A stretch of DNA of 14,165 nt, taken from positions 1 to 14,165 of the forward strand of contig CAXHAT010000204.1 in the NCBI GenBank assembly GCA_964014485.1, read 5' to 3'. Each line of letters starts with the position of its first letter. Within the stretch, counting starts at the first letter, position 1. The stretch is from an uncultured Deferribacteres bacterium (GTDB taxonomy: Bacteria > Zhuqueibacterota > Zhuqueibacteria > Zhuqueibacterales > Geothermadaptataceae). Below are positions 7,895 to 14,165 of the stretch, piece by piece. Below the pieces are notes generated by a model. That model was not told the DNA's origin. It did not search any database and worked only from the letters and a program-made list of their open reading frames with translations. The translations under genes and the position numbers were made by a program.

Positions 7895-8118
7895 GTCGAA
7901 TGAACGACCATCTGAGATTTTTCCCGATCCGCCGCATACGCCAAGCATGCTCGAATGTCTTTCTCAGTCAGGTAGAGGAAATCATCCAGGATTTCCTGCA
8001 CGGTCATGCCGGAAGCAAGATAGTCGAGCACGTCGTAAACCGTGATCCGCAGTCCGCGAATGCAAGGCTTGCCGCTGCGTTTTCCCGGTTCGATGGTGAT
8101 AATGTCTTTGTAGTTCAT
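7891..8118 (-). CDS. DUF433 family protein (putative antitoxin)
   Basis: 75 aa, IITIEPGKRSGKPCIRGLRITVYDVLDYLASGMTVQEILDDFLYLTEKDIRACLAYAA is the typical DUF433 sequence pattern. Confidence 0.92.
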   Translation of the reverse strand: MNYKDIITIEPGKRSGKPCIRGLRITVYDVLDYLASGMTVQEILDDFLYLTEKDIRACLAYAADREKSQMVVHST

Positions 8119-8212
8119 AAGATTCCGACCTTTTGAAAGGGTTGGCTTGTTCGTCGCTTAGCATAAATATAAAAATATTCTCGAATTGGAGAATGATAAA
8201 AGTTGCTGTTTG

Positions 8213-8394
8213 TTTTTGACGGGATTTACTGGATTGACAAGATAAATCTAATCCTGATTATCCCGTGATCCTGTCTAAAAAAGAGCGGCGTTGTTTTTAA
8301 CGCGGAGATGCGAAGGCGCAGAGAAGAATTCTTTGAAAAAAACTCCGCGAAGCTTTGCGATCTCGGCGGCTCTGCGTTTAGTTTTGACTTTCCG
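8213..8394 (+). repeat. ~180-bp direct repeat, copy 1 (family F; two imperfect palindromes built from ~9-mer units)
   Basis: Hand alignment to 9225-9408 gives about 20 differences over the first ~170 nt (~88%). Sub-palindromes: TTTTGACGGGAT...ATCCTGTCTAAAA and TAACGCGGAG...CTCTGCGTTTA. Confidence 0.9.
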
Positions 8395-8410
8395 TTTTTT
8401 TGAGATTGAA

Positions 8411-8544
8411 GGCGCAAGGCGCCAGAAGTTCCCCCCTTCGAAGGGGGGCCAGGGGGGATGTTTTGAAGCTGTTTCCTTTCTCCGGCGCCCCAAACATCCC
8501 CCTAACCCCCTTCAAAGGGGGAATTTTTTAAGCGCTTCGCGCTT
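8411..8544. repeat. Family B palindromic element, full copy (opposite orientation to 4509-4639)
   Basis: CCCCCCTTCGAAGGGGGGCCAGGGGGGATGTTT ... AAACATCCCCCTAACCCCCTTCAAAGGGGGAATTT, ending AAGCGCTTCGCGCTT. Confidence 0.85.
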
Positions 8545-8591
8545 GTGGAATCTGCTGGCTTGAATGACGTTTTCTTTGACGGAAATCAATC

Positions 8592-8620
8592 TTGCATTCG
8601 AATGTATTCTGATGTACGTT
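8592..8620 (+). promoter_or_regulatory. Putative sigma70-type promoter with overlapping palindromic operator for the TA operon
   Basis: TTGCAT (8592-8597), 17-nt spacer, TACGTT (8615-8620). Palindrome CATTCGAATG (8595-8604) and a repeated ATGTA overlap it, as expected for antitoxin autoregulation. Confidence 0.4.
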
Positions 8621-8662
8621 TTGTGCAACGCAATAAACACAGATCATTCATGAGGGATTGCC

Positions 8663-8905
8663 ATGTCCAAGACGGTTACTTTGAGGCTGAATGAAAGCAA
8701 TTACGCGATGTTTCGCAATCTTGCCGCCGGCGAGAACAGAACGCTTTCAAACTTTATCGAGACTTCGGTGCTGCGTTTTATCGAGCAGAATCAGTTCGTC
8801 GATGAATATGAAATGGCCGAGATACAAAACAATGCGGAACTGAACGCCAGCTTGCAGCGCGCCCTCAAAGACGTTAAAGCGGAGAGGGGGCGTTTTGTCG
8901 AGTGA
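8663..8905 (+). CDS. Ribbon-helix-helix (CopG-like) antitoxin
   Basis: 80 aa. N-terminal KTVTLRL beta strand plus helices (AAGENRTLSNFIE); C-terminal SLQRALKDVKAERGRFVE typical of RelE-partner antitoxins; GAGGG RBS; overlaps the toxin start. Confidence 0.85.
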   Translation: MSKTVTLRLNESNYAMFRNLAAGENRTLSNFIETSVLRFIEQNQFVDEYEMAEIQNNAELNASLQRALKDVKAERGRFVE

Positions 8906-9179
8906 GTACCGTATTTTTGAAACGGATGAATTCACCAGGAAGCTCAGCAAGCTGAATCCGAAAGACAGGGCTTTTATTCAAAACAAACTCAGCGTTTATG
9001 TCTATCCCCAGATCAAGCAATCGCCGTGGTTTGGGCGTAATATCAAGAAGCTGAAAGGGTATGATCCAGCAACATGGCGGTATCGGATCGGGAAGTTCAG
9101 GCTGTTTTACATCGTCAATGATGAAACGCGAACGGTTTTTTTGCTGACCGTCGATCACAGGAAGGACGCTTATTCGTAA
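8895..9179 (+). CDS. RelE/ParE family type II toxin
   Basis: 94 aa, basic. YRIFETDEFTRKLSKL...NIKKLKG...WRYRIGKFRLFYIV...VFLLTVDHRKDAY is the RelE pattern. TTG start after GGAGAGG (8881-8887), overlapping the antitoxin stop. Confidence 0.92.
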   Translation: MSSEYRIFETDEFTRKLSKLNPKDRAFIQNKLSVYVYPQIKQSPWFGRNIKKLKGYDPATWRYRIGKFRLFYIVNDETRTVFLLTVDHRKDAYS

Positions 9180-9224
9180 AACGGCGCCTGCGGAGAAAAT
9201 CCCCGACAAGCAGATGGCTTACTT

Positions 9225-9408
9225 TTTTTGACGGGATTAACTGGATCGACAAGATAAATTTGATCCTGATCATCCTGTGATCTTGTCTAAAAACGAGCGG
9301 CGTTATTTTTTAACGCGGAGACGCAAAGGGCGCAGAGAAGAAATTTTTTTGGAAAACTCCGCGAAGCTTTGCGATCTTGGCGGCTCTGCGTTTAGAATTG
9401 ATTTGCCG
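9225..9408 (+). repeat. ~180-bp direct repeat, copy 2 (family F)
   Basis: Direct repeat of 8213-8394, offset 1012 bp. Confidence 0.9.
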
Positions 9409-9464
9409 ATCAGGTATCGTGAAAAATGCGCTTGTGCCTGCGAGCAAAATACCCCGAATCGTCG

Positions 9465-9629
9465 CATACGCGTCAACCTAAGCGCGAAGCGCTTAAAAAT
9501 TCCCCTCCGAGGAGGGGTTAGGGGTGGGTTTTTGAGCCTGTTGTCATTTCGACAACGCCCGAAACCCACCCCTTGCCCCTCCCAGGAGGGGACTTCCGCG
9601 TGCTTCGCACGCTTAATTTGACGCTTATG
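9465..9629. mobile_element. MITE-like non-autonomous element with a family B core, terminal inverted repeats and a 10-bp target-site duplication
   Basis: Ends CATACGCGTCAACCTAAGCG / CGCTTAATTTGACGCTTATG are imperfect inverted repeats. Identical CGAATCGTCG flanks at 9455-9464 and 9630-9639. Interior CCCCTCCGAGGAGGGG...CCCCTCCCAGGAGGGG. Confidence 0.75.
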
Positions 9630-9663
9630 CGAATCGTCGGGACTGAATGACATTCGGGGTGGG

Positions 9664-9739
9664 ACTGAATACTGAATACCGGACACTGGAAACTGACATT
9701 GCGGACTGATGACTAAAAACTGATCACTCATTACTGAAG
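9664..9739 (+). repeat. Degenerate heptamer tandem repeat (ACTGAAT/ACTGATC-like) x~10, reverse complement of the 4464-4505 type
   Basis: ACTGAAT ACTGAAT ACCGGAC ACTGGAA ACTGACA ... ACTGATG ACTAAAA ACTGATC ACTCATT ACTGAAG. 9711-9728 is the exact reverse complement of 4487-4504. Confidence 0.8.
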
Positions 9740-9750
9740 ACATCGTGATA

Positions 9751-11286
9751 ATGCATCTTGTACACCACTTCTTAGAGTATCACGCTGAGAAAACGCCGGG
9801 GGCGGTTGCGGCGATTCATGGGGAGGAGCAACGGACATACGCCGAGATCAACCGCGAGGCGAATCGCGTGGCGCACATGCTGCGCGAGTTTGGGGTAAAA
9901 CCTGGCGACCGGGTGGCGCTGGCGCTGGAGAACAGCATCGACTACATTTCAAGCTACTACGGCGTGCTGAAAGCGGGCGGCGTGACCGTGGCGCAATATC
10001 CGAATGCCACGCCGAAAACGCTCAAATTCGTGCTCAACGATTGCAGCGTCAAGGCTGTCATCGCGCGCGAACGACCGGCTCAGACCATTGCCTCGTTGGC
10101 GACGGAATTGCCCGATCTCAAGGCAATGATCGTGCGCGGCAACCGGAAAAACGCTTTGCCCGAAACCGGCTGGGCGCTGGCGAACGACAAAAATCTCGCG
10201 CACATGCCGGACGAAAATCCTGATCTCGATCTCATCGATTTGGCGCGCGCTTCCATCATTTACACTTCCGGCAGCACCGGCGATCCGCGCGGCGCGATCT
10301 TGAGCCATCTCAACATCGTCGCCAACACGCGTTCCATCGTCGAATATCTCGAATTGACCGCCGCTGACCGCATCATGGTCGTGCTGCCCTTCCCCTACGT
10401 TTACGGCAAATCGCTGCTCAACACGCATTTTTTCGCGGGCGGCAGCGTACTGCTGGACAATCGTTTTACCTTCCCAAACGCCGTTCTAAAAACCATGCTG
10501 GAAGGCGAGGCCACTGGCTTCAGCGGCGTACCCTCCACCTTTGCCATCTTGATGCACAAATCCGCCGTGCGCAAATTCGAGTTCCCGAAATTGCGCTACC
10601 TGACGCAGGCGGGCGGTCACATGGCCGAGCCGTTGGTGCGCGAGGTGGAAGAAGTTTTTTCCCAACAAAAATTATTTATCATGTACGGCGCCACCGAGGC
10701 TGCGGCACGTCTGGCTTATCTCGAGCCTGAGATGCTGCCGCAAAAGCGCGGTTCCATCGGCAAGGCGATTCCGAACGTGAATTTGCGCGTGCTGAACGAC
10801 GAGGGCGTAGAAGTTGGGGTCGGCGAAACCGGCGAATTGACGGCGCGCGGCTCGAACATGATGGAAGGTTATTGGAACAAGCCCGAAGAAACGGCGAACG
10901 TGCTCGACGCGCACGGCTTTCGCACCGGCGATTTGGCGCGCCGCGACGAGGACGGCTTTTTCTACATCGTCGGGCGCAAACGGGACATGATTAAATCCGG
11001 CGCCAACCGCGTCAGCGCGAAGGAAGTGGAAGAAACGCTGCTCGAATATCCGGATGTTTTGGAGGCGGCGGTGATTGGGGTGGAAGACGAAATTTTAGGC
11101 GAGGCGATCCATGCGTTCGTCGTGCCGAAAAACAACGCACCGCTGGCGGAAGATGAAATCATCGTCTTTTGCCGCGAGCGTTTGCTGGAATTTAAGGTAC
11201 CGAGAAAAGTGATTGTTGAAACGGCGTTGCCGAAAAACGCCTCAGGAAAGCTGATGAAAGAAGAATTGAGGAAGAGGTTCGCATGA
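9751..11286 (+). CDS. AMP-dependent acyl-CoA/acyl-carrier-protein ligase (ANL adenylation superfamily)
   Basis: IIYTSGSTGDPRG P-loop, MYGATEA, FRTGDL, GRKRDMIKSG hinge, LPKNASGK catalytic Lys. ATG 9751 chosen; in-frame GTG at 9745 is possible. The stop overlaps the next ATG (ATGA). Confidence 0.92.
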   Translation: MHLVHHFLEYHAEKTPGAVAAIHGEEQRTYAEINREANRVAHMLREFGVKPGDRVALALENSIDYISSYYGVLKAGGVTVAQYPNATPKTLKFVLNDCSVKAVIARERPAQTIASLATELPDLKAMIVRGNRKNALPETGWALANDKNLAHMPDENPDLDLIDLARASIIYTSGSTGDPRGAILSHLNIVANTRSIVEYLELTAADRIMVVLPFPYVYGKSLLNTHFFAGGSVLLDNRFTFPNAVLKTMLEGEATGFSGVPSTFAILMHKSAVRKFEFPKLRYLTQAGGHMAEPLVREVEEVFSQQKLFIMYGATEAAARLAYLEPEMLPQKRGSIGKAIPNVNLRVLNDEGVEVGVGETGELTARGSNMMEGYWNKPEETANVLDAHGFRTGDLARRDEDGFFYIVGRKRDMIKSGANRVSAKEVEETLLEYPDVLEAAVIGVEDEILGEAIHAFVVPKNNAPLAEDEIIVFCRERLLEFKVPRKVIVETALPKNASGKLMKEELRKRFA

Positions 11287-12389
11287 AAAAGTTGAAAATC
11301 GTCAACGTTGTCGGGGCGCGGCCCAATTTTATGAAAATCGCGCCGATTATCGCGGAAATGAAGAAGCACGAAGGCGTTGAGCCGTACTTGCTGCACACGG
11401 GGCAGCACTACGATCACGTGATGTCCGACTTGTTTTTTAATAATTTAGGTCTTCCTGAACCGGACGTTTACATGGGCATCGGCTCCGGCGGACACGGCGA
11501 GCAGACCGGCAAAGTGATGATCGGATTTGAAAAATATTTGCGCGAGCTCATGCCGGATGTTGTGCTGGTGGTCGGCGACGTGAATTCGACCATTGCGTGC
11601 GGACTTGTGGCGGTAAAAATGGGCGTGAAATTGGTGCATGTCGAGGCGGGCTTGCGTTCGTTCGATCGCGGAATGCCGGAAGAAATCAACCGCATCTTGA
11701 CCGACCAGATTTCGGATTTGCTGTTCACGACCGAGGAAGACGCGCTGGAGAATCTCAAGCGCGAGGGAATCGATGAGAGCAAGGTGCATTTTACCGGCAA
11801 CGTGATGATCGACAGTCTGAATTCGCACCTGGAAAAAGCGAAAAAGAGCGACGTTCTGGAGCGGATGGAAATGTCGCCCGGCGACTACGCTCTGGTGACT
11901 TTGCATCGTCCCGCGAATGTTGATGACAAAGAAGTTTTTACCGGTTTGTTGAACGCACTGTGCGAGATTTCAGAAAAAATGCCGGTGCTTTTCCCAGTGC
12001 ATCCGCGCTCGCGCAAGCAGATGAATTCGTTTGGCTTGCAGGACAAAATCGACGCTTTCCCGAACCTGAAAATCATCGAGCCGCTGGGCTATCTTGATTT
12101 TATGCAATGCACCGCCAACGCAAAAGTGGTGGTGACGGATTCGGGCGGCATTCAGGAAGAGACGACGGTGCTGGGCATTCCGTGTATCACCGCGCGGGAC
12201 AACACGGAGCGGCCGATCACGTGCTCGTTGGGCACGAATGTGATTGTCGGGCGTGATCCGCAGAAGATTTTGGCCGAGGTGCAAAAAGTGCTCGACGGCA
12301 CGGCGAAAAAAGGCCAGATCCCCCCGCTCTGGGACGGCAAAGCGTCCGAACGGATCGTGAAGATTTTGTGGGAGGAGTGTACGCGGTAG
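11283..12389 (+). CDS. wecB: UDP-N-acetylglucosamine 2-epimerase (non-hydrolysing)
   Basis: GARPNFMK, HTGQHYD, GDVNST, HVEAGLRS, MPEEINR, TLHRPAN, TDSGGIQEE and TERP motifs; 368 aa. Confidence 0.93.
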   Translation: MKKLKIVNVVGARPNFMKIAPIIAEMKKHEGVEPYLLHTGQHYDHVMSDLFFNNLGLPEPDVYMGIGSGGHGEQTGKVMIGFEKYLRELMPDVVLVVGDVNSTIACGLVAVKMGVKLVHVEAGLRSFDRGMPEEINRILTDQISDLLFTTEEDALENLKREGIDESKVHFTGNVMIDSLNSHLEKAKKSDVLERMEMSPGDYALVTLHRPANVDDKEVFTGLLNALCEISEKMPVLFPVHPRSRKQMNSFGLQDKIDAFPNLKIIEPLGYLDFMQCTANAKVVVTDSGGIQEETTVLGIPCITARDNTERPITCSLGTNVIVGRDPQKILAEVQKVLDGTAKKGQIPPLWDGKASERIVKILWEECTR

Positions 12390-12397
12390 GTTTTGAA

Positions 12398-12501
12398 GGC
12401 AAAATGATTGGAGTCAAAATCATAAACTATTTTGGCTTTGATTCGGACACAAAAATGAAAGAGCACAAAATTGAATTTTGAGTTCTTTCATTCTTGCGTC
12501 C
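12398..12501. repeat. AT-rich palindromic element(s) built from ~15-mer units (family H)
   Basis: GGCAAAATGAT...GTCAAAATCAT...ATTTTGGC, then a 28-bp inverted repeat GGACACAAAAATGAAAGAGCACAAAATT (12445-12472) / AATTTTGAGTTCTTTCATTCTTGCGTCC (12474-12501), 24/28 complementary. Confidence 0.65.
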
Positions 12502-12519
12502 AAAGGTGAACAAGAAAAA

Positions 12520-12718
12520 GTCCCCAACGGGGACAAATATCACAGCGAAGGGCAACGCCCTGGAAAACGAAAACCCCGTCCCTCCAACCAAGCCCTGAAA
12601 GGGCGAGATAAAAACGCGACGACGTTCTTTATTTCGCCCTTACAGGGCTTGGATGGTTTGATCGGTTTGGTTTACCAGGGCTTCGCCCTTCGCTATTGCA
12701 TTCCGCCCCTTTGGGGCT
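12520..12718. repeat. REP-like composite palindrome, family A, full copy
   Basis: GTCCCCAACGGGGAC-...CAGCGAAGGGCAACGCCCTGG-...AGCCCTGAAAGGGCG, then mirror arm CGCCCTTACAGGGCT-...CCAGGGCTTCGCCCTTCGCT-...GCCCCTTTGGGGCT; collinear with 2965-3188. Confidence 0.85.
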
Positions 12719-12735
12719 AACCAATAGAAGACAAC

Positions 12736-14103
12736 ATGGCACGACAGCAGCGGAAGAATATTTTGATTATCAGCGCGGTGTTTCCGCCGGTTTCGACGAG
12801 CGGGATTCATCGCGTGGTGCGAGCGACGCGCTACTTGACGGAAATGGGTGTGGACGTGACGGTTTTGACGGTCGATGAGAAGACTTTGCCAAAGAGCTTC
12901 AGCTACGACCACAATGTTTTGGAAAAAATTCCGCCATCGGTGGCGGTGCATCGCGTTCCGGCGATCCAGGCTTTGCGCAAGTTGATTGATTTGAAAAATC
13001 GCGGCGAGAACAAAGGCTCGCAGGGTTCGACGCAGCCTTCGGCGAAGGCGGTTGAGACGGCGGCTTCGGAAAACGGCGCGAGCAAGAAATCAACGGCGCA
13101 GACGATTAAGGACGCAATCACGCTCAATTTAAACACGCCGGATAATTTTTCGATGTGGATTCGCCCGGCGATCAAGGCGGGGACGCAGATTGTGCAGCAC
13201 AAGGGCATTACGAATATTTTTTCCAGCAGCCCGCCCGGCAGCGTGCATGTCGTGGCGAATCAAATCAAGAAACGCACGGGCGCGCGCTGGATCGCCGACT
13301 TTCGCGATCCGTGGTCGCGCAAGCGCTGGTTCAACCCGGAAATGACGGCTTTCAAAAATCAGGCGATCAAACGCTTTGAGCGACGAACGATCCAGAATGC
13401 CGACAAGCTCATCATGAACACGGCGGAACTTCTGGAAGATTTTGGCAACCATTACGGCCCGGTTATTCAGCGCAAATCAACCGTAATCACCAACGGCTTT
13501 GATCCGGCGGATTTTGGCGATTTGCCGGAACCGAACGGCAAGGCGGACGACCGGCTCACGATTTGTCACACCGGCACATTTTATCGTCAGCGTTCGCCGA
13601 TGCCGTTTTTGCAGGGCTTGAAGCGCGCGGTCGACTCCGGCGTGCCGAAGACGCGCTTTCGCGTGCAGTTCATCGGCGGCGTCGGCGACCACAAGCCGAA
13701 CGTGGACAAATTCATTTCAGAAAACGACTTTGGCGACGTCATCGAAATCATTCCTTCAATCCCCCACCGCGATTGTTTGATTGCGATGCGCGAGGCGGAC
13801 GTTCTGCTCATCGTCCAGCCGGTAACGACGATTCAGATTCCGGCGAAAATTTTTGAGTACATCGCCACTGGCAAACCCATTCTTACGCTCAGCGCGCTCG
13901 GCGCCACGTCAAACGTTGTCACCAAAAACGAGCTCGGCTGGTGGGCGGATTTTGACAGCGAGGAACAAATCGGCGAACGCATCATTGAAATCGAGAAGTT
14001 TTTCAGCAACCCCGAAAACCGCAACTGGAAGCCCAAGCAAGAAGCGCTGGATCGGTTCAACGGTAAAATCCTTGTGGAAAGGATGTTTGATTTGTTAAGT
14101 TAG
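12736..14103 (+). CDS. GT-B fold glycosyltransferase, family 4-like
   Basis: ILIISAVFPP...SGIHRV, FSSSPPGSVH, WIADFRDPW, VITNGFD, ICHTGTFY, ADVLL, IPAKIFEYIATGKPIL. Confidence 0.9.
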   Translation: MARQQRKNILIISAVFPPVSTSGIHRVVRATRYLTEMGVDVTVLTVDEKTLPKSFSYDHNVLEKIPPSVAVHRVPAIQALRKLIDLKNRGENKGSQGSTQPSAKAVETAASENGASKKSTAQTIKDAITLNLNTPDNFSMWIRPAIKAGTQIVQHKGITNIFSSSPPGSVHVVANQIKKRTGARWIADFRDPWSRKRWFNPEMTAFKNQAIKRFERRTIQNADKLIMNTAELLEDFGNHYGPVIQRKSTVITNGFDPADFGDLPEPNGKADDRLTICHTGTFYRQRSPMPFLQGLKRAVDSGVPKTRFRVQFIGGVGDHKPNVDKFISENDFGDVIEIIPSIPHRDCLIAMREADVLLIVQPVTTIQIPAKIFEYIATGKPILTLSALGATSNVVTKNELGWWADFDSEEQIGERIIEIEKFFSNPENRNWKPKQEALDRFNGKILVERMFDLLS

Positions 14104-14110
14104 CGCGGGT

Positions 14111-14165
14111 TGATGGAGTGATGGAGTGATGGAGTGATGGAGTGATGGAGTGATGGAGTGATGGA
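14111..14165 (+). repeat. Perfect octamer tandem repeat (TGATGGAG)n, at least 6.9 copies, running off the window end
   Basis: Six full units plus TGATGGA, starting 7 nt after the GT4 stop. Confidence 0.95.

Noticed and set aside
8226..8563. Short ORFs 8226-8417, 8275-8493 and 8291-8563, similar to ORFs 9277-9621 and 9303-9743
   Set aside because: They are read through the F and B repeats; the similarity is at DNA level and indels between the copies shift frames.
2851..9739. CRISPR array suggested by recurring palindromes
   Set aside because: No run of identical 23-47 bp repeats with regular unique spacers, and no cas genes.
6524..9750. Autonomous IS, transposon or prophage as the accessory block
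   Set aside because: No transposase, integrase or phage gene, and I could not find terminal repeats or a target duplication bounding the whole block.
13000..13100. Low-complexity Ser/Ala/Lys stretch in GT4 as a possible inserted element or intein
   Set aside because: Not palindromic, no intein motifs; fits a variable loop in the N-terminal domain.

Overview
A roughly 14 kb bacterial region with moderately high GC. The + strand carries a membrane-anchored multiheme cytochrome c/TPR gene, then a surface-polysaccharide cluster: GNAT-fold transferase, acyl carrier protein, LarA-family racemase/epimerase, AMP-dependent ligase, UDP-GlcNAc 2-epimerase (wecB) and a GT4 glycosyltransferase. Between larA and the ligase (about 6.55-9.7 kb) an accessory block interrupts the cluster. 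It holds an AT-rich orphan ABC/AAA_21-type ATPase, a DUF433 antitoxin whose PIN-type toxin survives only as a mutated 20-codon stub, and an intact RHH/RelE toxin-antitoxin pair inside a ~180 bp direct repeat. Most of the longer intergenic gaps are filled with palindromic REP/MITE-like elements from about seven distinct families plus 7-/8-mer tandem repeats; no transposase is in the window. One element has terminal inverted repeats and a 10-bp target duplication. Leading hypotheses: (1) a racemase-adenylation-carrier-GNAT pathway that adds a stereo-inverted 2-hydroxyacyl group to a glycan; (2) repeat-mediated cassette traffic into the glycan operon. All family assignments come from motif recognition by eye, not database searches.
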